From positions 284 through 64,283 of the forward strand of contig DATCLY010000070.1 in NCBI GenBank assembly GCA_036563665.1: a stretch of 64,000 nt of DNA, written 5' to 3'. How positions within the stretch are numbered: position 1 is the stretch's first letter; each line of letters opens with the position of its first letter. The notes below the pieces were generated by a model. It had not been told where the DNA came from, ran no database searches, and saw only the letters and a list, made by a program, of their open reading frames with translations. A program made the translations under genes and the position numbers. The stretch comes from Gammaproteobacteria bacterium (GTDB lineage Bacteria > Pseudomonadota > Gammaproteobacteria > Steroidobacterales > Rariloculaceae). Positions 54,718 through 64,000 of the stretch are shown here, piece after piece.

Positions 54718-56211
54718 TCAGCGCCGCGCGGAGCCGCTCAGAGAGCCGAGCAGCCCGCGGAGGATCTGCCGGCCGAGCTGCGTCCCAAACGACCGCGCGG
54801 CGCTCTTCGCCATCGCCTCGAGGACGCTGTCGCCGCGGCGTGCCGTGGTGCGCCGGGCGCGGGCGCCGCTCGTGGTGCGGCCGGACCTCCCGCGCCGGGC
54901 GTCGTCCTCGTCGGCACCGGCAATCCGGGTGCGACTCGCGTGCGCCTTGAGCAGCTCGTACGCGGACTGGCGGTCGCGAGCGGCCTCGTAGTGCCCCGCG
55001 AGCGGCGACGCGCTCTGCAGCGCGGCGCGCTCCTCGGGCGTCAGCGGGCCGATGCGGCTCCGCGGCGGCAGCACGAACGCCCGCTCGGTGACGCTCGGCC
55101 GCCCCTTCGCGTCGAGGAACGAGATCAGCGCCTCGCCGACGCCGAGCTCGGTGATCGCCGTCTCGAGATCCAAGGCCGGATTGGGGCGCATCGTCTGCGC
55201 CGCGGCCTTCACCGCCCGCTGATCGCGCGGCGTGTATGCCCGCAGCGCGTGCTGCACGCGGTTGCCGAGCTGCCCGAGCACCGTGTCGGGGATGTCTAGC
55301 GGATTCTGCGTCACGAAGTAGACGCCGACGCCCTTCGAGCGGATCAGCCGCACGACCTGCTCGATCTTCTCGAGCAGCGCCTTCGGCGCCTCGTCGAACA
55401 AGAGATGCGCCTCGTCGAAGAAGAACACGAGCTTCGGCTTCTCGGGGTCCCCCACCTCCGGCAGGTTCTCGAAGAGCTCCGCGAGCAGCCAGAGCAGCAG
55501 CGTCGAGTAGAGCTTCGGCGCGGACAGCAGCCGCTCAGCGACGAGCACGTTCACGACGCCGCGGCCCGCGCCGTCCGTCTGCAGCAGGTCCTCGACGTTC
55601 AGCATCGGCTCGCCGAACAGCCGGTCGCCGCCTTGCTCCTCGAGCTGGACGAGCCCGCGCTGGATCGCGCCCACGCTCGCAGCGGAGATGTTGCCGTATT
55701 CGGTGGTGAACTCGCGCGCGTTGTCGCCCACGTGCTGCACCATCGCCCGCAGATCTTTCAGATCGAGCAGTAGCAAGCCGTTCTCGTCGGCGATCTTGAA
55801 TATCAAGGTGAGCACGCCGGCCTGCGTCTCGTTCAGGTTCAACAGCCGCGCGAGCAGCAAAGGGCCCATGTCGGAGATGGTGGCGCGGATCGGGTGGCCG
55901 CGCTCGCCGAACGGGTCCCAGAAGACGACGGGACACGCTTCCGGCCAGAACTCGCCGAGGCCGAGCATCTCCACGCGCTCGCGGATCTTCGGCGACGGCG
56001 TTCCGGCCGCACCGACGCCGGACAGATCGCCTTTGACGTCCGCGACGAACACGGGCACCCCGCTCGCGCTGAACGCGTGAGCGATCGTCTGCAGCGTCAC
56101 GGTCTTGCCCGTGCCGGTGGCCCCGCTGATGAGGCCGTGCCGGTTGCCCATGGCGGGAAGCAGGCAAACGTCGGCGCTGCCTGCCTTGGCGATCAGGAGG
56201 GGCTCGGCCAT
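54718..56211 (-). CDS. HerA-like ATPase (DUF853/YjgR family)
   Basis: ATG 56211 gives [11 protein letters not shown].... The Walker A motif is GATGTGKT. It also has [13 protein letters not shown] and [30 protein letters not shown]. Confidence 0.85.
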   Translation of the reverse strand: MAEPLLIAKAGSADVCLLPAMGNRHGLISGATGTGKTVTLQTIAHAFSASGVPVFVADVKGDLSGVGAAGTPSPKIRERVEMLGLGEFWPEACPVVFWDPFGERGHPIRATISDMGPLLLARLLNLNETQAGVLTLIFKIADENGLLLLDLKDLRAMVQHVGDNAREFTTEYGNISAASVGAIQRGLVQLEEQGGDRLFGEPMLNVEDLLQTDGAGRGVVNVLVAERLLSAPKLYSTLLLWLLAELFENLPEVGDPEKPKLVFFFDEAHLLFDEAPKALLEKIEQVVRLIRSKGVGVYFVTQNPLDIPDTVLGQLGNRVQHALRAYTPRDQRAVKAAAQTMRPNPALDLETAITELGVGEALISFLDAKGRPSVTERAFVLPPRSRIGPLTPEERAALQSASPLAGHYEAARDRQSAYELLKAHASRTRIAGADEDDARRGRSGRTTSGARARRTTARRGDSVLEAMAKSAARSFGTQLGRQILRGLLGSLSGSARR

Positions 56212-56458
56212 GTCGCCCTCATAGCACGGGACGGCCGGAGGTGGCAATGCGCGCCGAGCTCGCAGCGAGCTACGGATTGGCACGATTGCCCGACAGAACC
56301 GCGAACAGCCCGAGACCGAAGTACGCGCCGCCGATCGCGAAACGGGCCGGAGACCCGCTCGCGCGCACCAGGCGCGGTGCCGCGAGAGAGGCGACGAGCG
56401 CGTACACCGTGTCGGTGCCGGCCGCGATCACGACGAACAGCGCGCCGACCTGCGCGCG

Positions 56459-58854
56459 TCACTCCGGCAGATTCAGCCGCCGAACCAGCGCGCGAAACCG
56501 CGGATGGTCGCGCAGCGGCTCGGTCACGGACACGGCACGGATGTACGGCACGTTGAGGTCGCGGGCGTCGTAAGCCCGCTCGAGCCAGTCGACGGCGCGC
56601 TCCGTGCGGCCGGCCCGCGTGTACAACGTGGCGATGTGCACCGAAGCGACGTTGCGCTCGCCGGGCCGGGCCGCCAGGGCGTCGGCGGCCGCCTCCATCG
56701 CGCGCTCGTAGCCACCGGCGGCGTATTCCCGGGCGAGAAGCTCCGCGATGTCGCTCGCGCCGATCGTGGTCCAGAATCGCCGCTCCGCCTCGAGCGCCTC
56801 CTTGTAGCGGCCCAGGGAGTGGTAAACCTGCGCGAAATTGTTCAACGCGAGGCGCAGGGTCGGGGCCAGCTCGCGCGCGCGCTCGAATTGCACGAGCGCC
56901 TCCTCGTAGCGGCGGTTCATCGTGCGCTCGACGCCGTAGAGCGCGCGGATCAGCGGATTGAACGGATCGAGCTGCACCGCGAGCTCGATGTGCGCCGGCG
57001 CCTCCTCACCGCGGCCGACGATGTGCAGGTAGTGGGCATAGAACGCGCGCGCCTCCGCGTAGCTCGGGTTCGCGTCGATCGCGCGGCGGAAGGCGGCGTC
57101 GGCCCGCGACCAGTCCCACTCGAGCCAGGCGGCCACGGCCGCCTCGGCGAAATGCGCCTCGGGCACCGTGGGATCGAGCGAGAGCGCCGTCTCGAGGGCG
57201 GCCCGGATCGGTGCTACCGCTTCGGCCGGCGGCACGATCCCGCTCTGCGCGCGGGACAGCCACACGCGGGCGATGCCGATGTACGGCAGCGGATGGTCAG
57301 CGGCGCGCCGCCGCGCGAGCTCGAAGAGCTCGAGCGCCGTGTCGAAATCACCGCTCGTCCAGTACACCAGGCCGCGCAGGTAGTCGGCGTGCGCGTCGGG
57401 GTCCACCGGCCGCTCGGTCGCGAGCCGCGCCTGCTCGGCCGGAAAGAGCGCGAGCGCGAGGGCGTCCGCCACGCCGCGCGCGGCGTCCTGCTGCAGCGTG
57501 AGGATGCCCGAGAGCTCCCGGTCGAAGGTCTGCGACCAGCGCTGCGTCTGCGCGCGCGCGTCGATCAGCGTGGCGCTGATCCGCACGCGGTTACCCTCGC
57601 GGCGCGCGCTGCCTTCGAGCAGATAGTCCACCCCGAGCTCGCGGGCGATCTCGCGAGGCGGCAACGCGGTGCCCTTGTAGCGCATCGACGAGGTGCGCGC
57701 CACGACGCTCAAGCGCGGATCCATCCGGCCGAGCTGCGTGATCATCTCCTCCGTGAGCCCGTCGCTCAGGAAGTCCTGCGCGGGATTGCCCGTCAGGTTC
57801 TCGAACGGCAACACGGCGAGCCTCAGTGATGTCGCCTCGGCCTGGCCGAGGCCGAGGCGTTCCCGCACGGCGTCCACGTTCGCGACCACGAGCCCCGCGG
57901 CCACGAGCGCGGCGGCGCTCGCGGCGAGCGCGGGCCGCCGCCGCAAGCGCCGGCGCCACACGGCGAGGGGCGAACCGGTGCCGCGTTCGATGGCGGCGAG
58001 CGCCGCCCGGACCTCGCGCGCGTGCTGGTAGCGTCGCGCCGGGTCGCGCTCCAGGCAGCGCTCTATCACGTCGCGTAGCGCTGCCGGAACGCTCGCGGAC
58101 AGCGGCGCGGGCGAGCCGCTCAGGATCCGCGCGAACAGCTCCGGCACGGTCGCCGCCTCGAACGCCGGCGGCCGCTCACCATCTCGTAGAGCAGCACCCC
58201 GAGCGCCCAGATATCGGAACGCGGATCGGCGGGCTCGCCCCGCACCTGCTCCGGCGCCATCGCGTACGGCGTGCCGGCCGCTTCCCCGGGCTGGATGGCG
58301 GACGGGAGCATCGTCGCCGCCGCCACGAGCGCATCGGCCCGCTGCGCCAGACCGAAATCCACGATCTTGAGCCGGCCGTCCTCGGTCAGCATGGCGTTGG
58401 CGGCCTTGAAGTCGCGATGCACGACGCCGTGATCGTGGGCGTAGGCGAGCGCGTCCGCCGCCTGCACGCCGAGGCGCACCGCTTCGTCGGGGGGAAGAGC
58501 GCCTGCGTCGATGCGCCGCCGCAGCGAGGCGCCGCCGACGTACTCCATGGCGATGAACGACGCGTCGTCGGAGGTGCCGACCTCGTGCACGATGCAGATG
58601 TGCGGATGATTCAGCGCGGCGGCATTGCGTGCCTCGCGCAATAGCTGCAATGCGGACGTCTCGTCCTGCGCCGTGCGGTGCAGCACCTTCAGCGCGACGC
58701 GGCGATGCAGCTTGGTGTCGTAGGCGAGGAACACAGCGCCGTTCGCGCCGCGCCCGAGGAGCTGCTCGATCCGATAGTTGCCGAGCATGCCGCCGGAGGT
58801 GGCCGCCACGGCCACCGTTGCGGCGAGGGACGACGAGCCGTCGGTCTCTTTCAC
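56459..58854 (-). CDS. Ser/Thr protein kinase - TM - TolB-N-like - TPR sensor protein, apparently frameshifted near 58165-58175
   Basis: The 5' part is track ORF 58120..58854 (GTG 58854 or ATG 58788). It has LGRGANGAVF, VALKVL, HRDFKAAN, DFG, GTPYAMAPE and DIWALGVLLYEMVSG. The 3' part is in the frame of ORF 56459..59833: (R)PAFEAATVPELFARIL...CLERDPARRY, the TM segment PALAASAAALVAAGLVVANV, then LRLAVLPFENLTGNPAQDFLSDGLTEEMITQL and TPR-like repeats. Confidence 0.85.
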
Positions 58855-59223
58855 GGCCGCAAGATTCTCGCGTTACCCGTCCCGCCCCGCAACCTCGAGA
58901 CGACCGCGATCTTTCGGCGCTCGGGCTACTCCGCGCGCGCGAATATTCTGTCGAAAAGGATACGAGGCCGCCGCTTTCGACGCCCGGCGCAGCCGCCGCG
59001 CAGGAATCCGCAGAAATCCGTGGAAAAGCATTTCGAAAGCTTTCGGTTCCGCTCAGGCCCGGCCGGCCGCATCCGCCGACACTGTGCACAAGGCGGAGGG
59101 AACGGAGAGCGACGCAAGGAAGGTCCTCCCCCAACGATTCCGAGCGGAGCGATCCCTTCCCACCCGCCGAAGCTCCTGGCCAGCCAGGACCGTTGGGACA
59201 GCGAAAGACATGGGAGAACGGCG

Positions 59224-59373
59224 ATGAACAAGACGACGCAGAACGAAGCCCGGAAGACGACGAAGCGTTTCGGCGGTCTCGGCGAGGTGGCCTTCCACCT
59301 GGCGCTCGTGGCGGCGGTGGTGGGCGTGCTGATCGAGCGCGCGACGTACCTGAGCAGCGGGACGATCGTTTGA
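59224..59373 (+). CDS. possible small membrane protein (49 aa)
   Basis: ATG 59224 follows GGGAGAA. The translation is MNKTTQNEARKTTKRFGGLGEVAFHLALVAAVVGVLIERATYLSSGTIV. It lies just upstream of the FHA-cyclase gene. Confidence 0.3.
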   Translation: MNKTTQNEARKTTKRFGGLGEVAFHLALVAAVVGVLIERATYLSSGTIV

Positions 59374-59407
59374 ACGGGTCGGCGCAGGCCGGGCAGCTGG
59401 CAATCGG

Positions 59408-60358
59408 ATGGCCGCGGTTGTACTTTTGTGCCACGACGAGTGCGTCGGACGGGGGTCCATCGTGGCGCTCAGTGCAACTCGCGGCTGTCTGGTGCCCGTG
59501 CCGGCAGACGCCTTCTGGGCCGTCGATCGGGAAGAGCGCCGCATCTCCCGCTGGTCCTTGAACGGCGAGCCCGTCACCATCGGACGCTCGCACGAGTGCG
59601 ACGTCGTCATCCGCGACCCGAGCGTCTCCCGCCGTCACGCCATGTTGAGCTGGAGCGGGAACAAGCTGCTGCTCACGCACCTGAGCACGACCAACCCCAC
59701 GTTCGTGAACGGCGTGCCCGTGCCGCGCGACACGCCCACCGAGCTCGTCTCCACCGACAAGCTGCAGATCGGCGGCGCACGTTTCGAGGTGTTGCTCTGG
59801 AACGCCGACTCCGACGCCGAGACGCGGCCGCACGCGCCCCCGCGGGCGCTAGCCGTGGTGCTCGCGGCGGACGTGGCGGGTTACACGGCGATGTGGCAGC
59901 GCGACGAGACCGGCACGCTGCTGCGCTTCCATGAATGTCTGCGCGTCTTCCGCCGCGAGGCGCAGCGCTACCGGGGCCGCGTGCTGGACACCGGCGAGAA
60001 GGGCGATTGCGTCTACAGCCTCTACCACAGCGTGCTGCTCGGGCTGTCGGCCGCCATCGCCATCCGCCGCCAGGTGGCCGAGCTCAACCGCTCGTTCCCG
60101 GCGGACGGCGCCATCCGCTTCCGCTTCGGCATGCACTGCGGCGACGTGGTCATCGAAGGCGAAGGCATCCGCGGCGACGCCATCAACACCGCGGCGCACC
60201 TCCAGGCGCTCACCGAGCCTGGCGAGATCATCGTCTCGCACCGCATTCAGCAGGAGGCCGAGACGCACCTCGGGTTCCGGTTCGAGCCCGTCCCTCACCC
60301 GGAAAGAGCGCAGGAGATCGTGGGGTTCCGGCTCGTCGGCGACGGCCCGCACCGCTGA
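59408..60358 (+). CDS. FHA domain + class III adenylate/guanylate cyclase homology domain protein
   Basis: The FHA domain reads VTIGRSHECDVVIRDPSVSRRHAML...TNPTFVNGVPV. The cyclase homology domain reads AVVLAADVAGYTAM...KGDCVYSLY...IRFRFGMHCGDVVIEGEGIRGDAINTAAHLQ. The exact start is uncertain. Confidence 0.8.
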   Translation: MAAVVLLCHDECVGRGSIVALSATRGCLVPVPADAFWAVDREERRISRWSLNGEPVTIGRSHECDVVIRDPSVSRRHAMLSWSGNKLLLTHLSTTNPTFVNGVPVPRDTPTELVSTDKLQIGGARFEVLLWNADSDAETRPHAPPRALAVVLAADVAGYTAMWQRDETGTLLRFHECLRVFRREAQRYRGRVLDTGEKGDCVYSLYHSVLLGLSAAIAIRRQVAELNRSFPADGAIRFRFGMHCGDVVIEGEGIRGDAINTAAHLQALTEPGEIIVSHRIQQEAETHLGFRFEPVPHPERAQEIVGFRLVGDGPHR

Positions 60359-60391
60359 CGTCCGCCGCGGCGCAGCCGCTCGCACGCCCTT

Positions 60392-62020
60392 TCACCGCCG
60401 CAGCGCGCCGACTTTCCGCAGGCCGCCGAGCCGTCGATCGAGCACGCCCTTGTCGATGCTCATGCGCTTGAACAGCGCCTCCAGATGCTTGGGCGTCATG
60501 GCCGCGTTGATTTTCTTGCACTGCTCGAGCGCCGCCCGCGCCCGCTCCGCCTGCCCGAGGTGGCCGAGGACGTTGGCGTATTGCATCCAGGCGAGAGAGA
60601 GGCTGGGCCGCAGATCGACGGCTCCTTGAGCGGACTCGAGCGCGTCGTCGTAGCGGCCTTCGCAGGTGTCGGTAACGGACTTGTGATACAGCCAGAACGC
60701 GACGCCGGGATGCTGCGGCTCCATCGTGAGCAGCCGGTCGAGGATGCGGCGCAGGTCGGCCAAATCCTCCGGCTTGCCGGTGGCCGTGAGCGGCCAGCCC
60801 ATGTACCCCCAGGCCCCGAAGTCGAACGGCGCGTAGGTCACGGCCTGGCGCAGGCAGCTCAGCGACCTGCGGTGGTCGCCGGCATAGTCCCAGACGAGGC
60901 TCACCATCTTCAATATGAAGGGGTCCTGCGGCGCCAGGGCCATTGCGCGGCTCGCCGACTCGAGCGCCGCCGCCTCGTCCCGCTCCGGGTCGGCGCTCAA
61001 GCCGTTCACCAGCCGCTCCACGAGCAGCGAGGCGAGCGTCGCATGCGCCGCCGGATAGTCGGGGTCGATCTCGATGGCGCGCTCGAGCGGGTCGATGGCC
61101 GCGGCGAGCCCCGCCGGCGTGTACTCGAGCACGCAGGCCCGCGCCTTCTGCACCAGTCCCCAGGCGTCGAGGTTGGCGGTGGAGGTGTGGCGGGCGCGAT
61201 CGATCTCGGCGCGCAGCTGCTGAGTCGTGAATGCGGCTACGATCGCCTCGGCGATCTCGCGTTCCACGGCGAGCAGGTCCTCGCTCTTCCTGTCGTACGT
61301 GTGCGCCCAGACCTGGCTGCCGTCCTTCGCGTCGTCGAGCTCGGCCACCACCCGCAGCTGCGTGCCGCTGAGCTGCAAGCTGCCGGAGATGACGAAGTCC
61401 ACGTTGAGCCGCCGGCCGATCTCGCGGATGTCCACGTCGCTGTTCTTGAACGTGAACGAGGAGCGGCGCGACGCGACGCGCAGACGATCCACGCGTGCCA
61501 AGGTGCTGTGCAGCTCCGCCGCGAATGCGTCACCCAAGAATTGGAACGCCGGATCGGCCGAGTGATTGTCGAACGGCAGCACGGCCACGGAGGCGGCGGC
61601 GCTGCCCAGCGCGGGCGGATTGCTCGCCGGGTCCGACTCCTGGCCGTTCACCGAAGCGGCGGCCGCGGCCGTGGCGGGCGACGCGGCGGTCGCCTCCCGC
61701 GGCACGGCCGGCTCGAGCAGGCGGTAGCCGCGTTTCGGGACCGTTTGAATGTAACGCGGGCTGCCGCGCTCGTCGCCCAACGCGCGCCGCAGCTCGCTGA
61801 TGCAGCGGGTCAACACCTCCTCGGACGTGACCCGGCGCCACACCTGATCCAGAAGCGTGTCGCGCTCGACGAGCTCGCCCGCGTGCGCGGCCAGGAAGAC
61901 CAGCACGTCCATCACCTTCGGCTGCACGTGCTGCGGGCCTTCCGGGCCAGTGATGATCCCCGTGAGTGGCTCCACGTCGTACGCGCCGATTCGAAAACCG
62001 CGTCGTAGCTTCTGATCCAT
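60392..62020 (-). CDS. OmpR/PhoB-type winged-helix (CadC-like) DNA-binding domain + TolB-N-like + TPR protein
   Basis: The wHTH region reads HVQPKVMDVLVFLAAHAGELVERDTLLDQVWRRVTSEEVLTRCISELRRALGD...YIQTVPKRGYRLL. It is followed by VAVLPFDNHSADPAFQFLGDAFAAELHSTL and a TPR-like C-terminus. Confidence 0.85.
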   Translation of the reverse strand: MDQKLRRGFRIGAYDVEPLTGIITGPEGPQHVQPKVMDVLVFLAAHAGELVERDTLLDQVWRRVTSEEVLTRCISELRRALGDERGSPRYIQTVPKRGYRLLEPAVPREATAASPATAAAAASVNGQESDPASNPPALGSAAASVAVLPFDNHSADPAFQFLGDAFAAELHSTLARVDRLRVASRRSSFTFKNSDVDIREIGRRLNVDFVISGSLQLSGTQLRVVAELDDAKDGSQVWAHTYDRKSEDLLAVEREIAEAIVAAFTTQQLRAEIDRARHTSTANLDAWGLVQKARACVLEYTPAGLAAAIDPLERAIEIDPDYPAAHATLASLLVERLVNGLSADPERDEAAALESASRAMALAPQDPFILKMVSLVWDYAGDHRRSLSCLRQAVTYAPFDFGAWGYMGWPLTATGKPEDLADLRRILDRLLTMEPQHPGVAFWLYHKSVTDTCEGRYDDALESAQGAVDLRPSLSLAWMQYANVLGHLGQAERARAALEQCKKINAAMTPKHLEALFKRMSIDKGVLDRRLGGLRKVGALRR

Positions 62021-62298
62021 CTGATGCGGGACCCCGGGGTTCGAGCGAGGGGCCGGGTCCGTGGGGCGGACCGGGTTCGGAGCTCGCGGGCAGCGAAGGA
62101 TGGTAAGCCGCGGTCCTGCCTCCCAGCAACGGCGCCGTGCGGGGGGCGGCGCAGAAATACGCAGCTTCCCGAAGTTTTCCGAACGAAAAAATCATCGCAC
62201 GGTCAGTATCTTACGAGCGCTCGGGCGCACACTGGTCCCCGACGACGACGAGCTCCGGCCGAAACCGCGAGCGCTGGCAGGAAAACGAGGACCCTCCG

Positions 62299-64000
62299 AT
62301 GTGCCCACAGACCGCCATCCAGACCTCCCCCCCGGCAGTCACCGTTTCCGATCACGACCACGTCGAGCGCGACGCCGCCTGCTCGAGCCTGGACCGCCTC
62401 GTCGGCCTCTTCACTGCGGTTCGCCCCGGCGAGGGGCGCAGCGCCGCGCTCTTCTTCGCCTACTCCTTCCTGCTTCTCGTCTGCTACTACGTGCTCAAGA
62501 CCATCCGCGAGCCGTTGCTGCTTGCGAACGGCTCGGCCGAGCTCAAGAGCTACGGGAACGCCGCCATCGCCGGCGCGTTGCTCGTGCTCCTGCCGCTCTA
62601 CGGCGCGCTCTTCCGGCGCGCGGGCAAGCGGCAGCTCGTTCGCGCCGTGACGTTAGCGTTCTCGGGGACGCTCGTGCTGTTCTGCGTGGTCGCGCGCGCG
62701 GGCGTCGACGTGGGCTTCGTCTACTACGTGTGGGTGGGCGTGTTCGGCGTCTTCATGCTCGCCCAGTTCTGGGCGCACGCGGCGCACACGTACAAGGTCG
62801 AGAGCGGGCAACGGCTCTTCCCCGTGATCATGGCGGGGGCCGCCGTGGGCGGCCTGGCCGGCCCCCCGCTCTGCGGAGTCCTGTTCGATGCGCTCGGCGT
62901 GTCGAATTTGATGCTGCTCGCCGCCGCGCTGCTCGCGACGACCGTGCCGCTGGTCGAGTGGACGTGGAACGCGGTGCCCGCGGCCTCGCGCAACGGCGAG
63001 CCGCGCGGCGAGCCCAAGAAAGACCTGCTCGGCGGCCTGTCGCTCGTGCTGCGCGATCGCTACCTGCTGCTGCTCGCGGTGCTCGCCGTGCTGCTCAACT
63101 GCGTGAGCAGCACCGGCGACTACCTGCTCACCGATTTCGTCGTCCGCGAGGCGGATCTGCGCGTCGCGGCCGATCCGGGCCTCGACAAGGACAGCCTGAT
63201 CGCCGCCTTCTACGGCAACTACTACCTCACGATGAACGCGCTCGGCCTGTTGCTGCAGCTCCTGCTCGTGGCGCGCGTGTTCCGCTGGGTCGGCGTGCCG
63301 GGCGCCCTGCTCGTCCTCCCGGCCATCGCGCTGCTCGGCTACGGGCTGGTCGTGCTCGTGCCGGTGTTCGCCGTGGTGCAGGCGGTGAAGCTCCTCGAGA
63401 GCTCCACGAGCTACACGCTCATGAACACCGCACGCCAGGCGCTCTTCCTGCCGCTGCCCGCGGCGCACCAGTACGAAGGCAAGACCGCCATCGACTGCTT
63501 CTTCTGGCGCTGCGGCGATCTGCTTCAGGCCGGTGTGATCTACGTGGGACTGAACGCGCTCGATTTCGGGTTCCGCGAGCTGGCGCTCACGAACGTGCTC
63601 CTGGCGTTGGCTTGGATCGCCGTGGCCCGCGCGGTGGGCCGTCGCTATGCGGGTCATGCGCCGCGACGTTTCGCGCAGCGTTTCACGATCGAGTGGCGGA
63701 CGGTGGCGGTGGCGGCCTCGACGGCCGTCGCGGTCGTGGCGCTCGCCTCGCCGCGCGGCGTGCGTGCGGAGGAGCCCGCCGCCGCAACGCCGACGCTCTT
63801 CGCCGCTCACGAGCCGCTCGCCGTGGAGCTGCGCTATGACGCGCGCGAGCTCTGCCGGAAGCCGGAGCGCGAGGAGTGCGCGGACTTGCCGGCCACGCTG
63901 GTGTATCGCGAGGACGACGGCACGGAGCGCAGCCTGAACGTTCGCCTGCGCGCGCGCGGCAAGTGGCGCAACCAGTCGGGCAACTGCGCCGTGCCGCCGC
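62299..64000 (+). CDS. TLC/AAA-family (Npt-like) or MFS-like transporter, with a possible extra C-terminal secreted-type domain; runs off the right edge
   Basis: This frame is open from ATG 62299 to the window end, so it is absent from the track. Hand translation gives ...GRSAALFFAYSFLLLVCYYVLKTIREPLLLANGSAELKSYGNAAIAG... and about 12 hydrophobic segments. From about 63690 there is a signal-peptide-like stretch (TVAVAASTAVAVVALASPRGVRAEEP), then a soluble Cys-containing sequence. Confidence 0.55.
   Translation, partial: MCPQTAIQTSPPAVTVSDHDHVERDAACSSLDRLVGLFTAVRPGEGRSAALFFAYSFLLLVCYYVLKTIREPLLLANGSAELKSYGNAAIAGALLVLLPLYGALFRRAGKRQLVRAVTLAFSGTLVLFCVVARAGVDVGFVYYVWVGVFGVFMLAQFWAHAAHTYKVESGQRLFPVIMAGAAVGGLAGPPLCGVLFDALGVSNLMLLAAALLATTVPLVEWTWNAVPAASRNGEPRGEPKKDLLGGLSLVLRDRYLLLLAVLAVLLNCVSSTGDYLLTDFVVREADLRVAADPGLDKDSLIAAFYGNYYLTMNALGLLLQLLLVARVFRWVGVPGALLVLPAIALLGYGLVVLVPVFAVVQAVKLLESSTSYTLMNTARQALFLPLPAAHQYEGKTAIDCFFWRCGDLLQAGVIYVGLNALDFGFRELALTNVLLALAWIAVARAVGRRYAGHAPRRFAQRFTIEWRTVAVAASTAVAVVALASPRGVRAEEPAAATPTLFAAHEPLAVELRYDARELCRKPEREECADLPATLVYREDDGTERSLNVRLRARGKWRNQSGNCAVPP

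Noticed and set aside
58855-59833. The 5' third of the 1124-aa ORF 56459..59833, and similar 5' extensions of ORFs 42524..44938, 45493..46824, 26539..27897 and 36698..38470.
   Set aside because: The extensions are Arg-rich and overlap better-supported genes or intergenic DNA. In each case an internal start with a Shine-Dalgarno sequence and a signal peptide or conserved N-terminus gives a protein of the normal family length.
62061-63839. A 592-aa plus-strand ORF and the antisense 385-aa ORF 62653..63810.
   Set aside because: Both are Arg-rich shadows. The third plus frame encodes a convincing multi-TM transporter and stays open to the window end.
1-64000. CRISPR arrays, rRNA genes, IS elements, prophage genes, toxin-antitoxin pairs and known defence-system genes.
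   Set aside because: I looked for spaced repeats, transposase/integrase-like ORFs and characteristic small gene pairs and found none. The HerA-like ATPase is of the widespread DUF853/YjgR housekeeping type and has no nuclease or Sir2 partner.

Overview
Very GC-rich chromosomal window (judged by eye, not computed) from a Gram-negative, proteobacterium-like genome, as shown by a TonB-dependent receptor, Tat/Sec signal peptides and lipoboxes. Because of the GC content, most of the longest ORFs in the six-frame track are Arg/Ala-rich shadow frames. After reading them I accepted about 55 genes. Two real genes are missing from the track because they run off the window edges: hrpA on the left and a transporter on the right.

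Gene content, left to right:
- hrpA, a secreted DUF1080/FG-GAP protein and an HDOD protein.
- A sulfated-substrate locus: TonB receptor, arylsulfotransferase-family protein, Cys-type sulfatase, GntR/FCD regulator and MFS transporter.
- DinB and DUF1801 genes, an orphan frameshifted Rieske petA, and MFS transporters.
- A di-haem cytochrome c peroxidase, then tRNA-Sec overlapped by selB.
- A ~4 kb insert where selA would be expected: FAD monooxygenase, TrpB2-like gene without a start codon, and MOSC.
- fdhE-fdnI-fdnH-fdnG with an in-frame UGA (Sec) and a SECIS hairpin, then a class A beta-lactamase.
- A co-oriented array of secreted uncharacterised paralogs and MBL-fold hydrolases with a LysR regulator.
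- A broken ECF sigma gene, a LEA_2 lipoprotein and a HerA-like ATPase.
- A Ser/Thr kinase / FHA-cyclase / wHTH-TPR signalling cluster.

The most unusual signal is a secreted two-gene module. It pairs a small DUF6152-like protein, whose mature N-terminus is His-His, with a larger 'C-x-P-x-G ... WEGDTLVV' protein. The module occurs four times in the window, and the large family has seven members in total. It is concentrated at 42.5-52.8 kb alongside three MBL-fold hydrolases, including one natural fusion of the large family to an MBL domain.

Three genes (petA, ECF sigma, Ser/Thr kinase) each carry an apparent single-base deletion in a G/C run. These may be sequencing or assembly errors rather than biology.

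I saw no CRISPR array, rRNA, transposase or integrase. All family assignments come from reading motifs; no database search was run.
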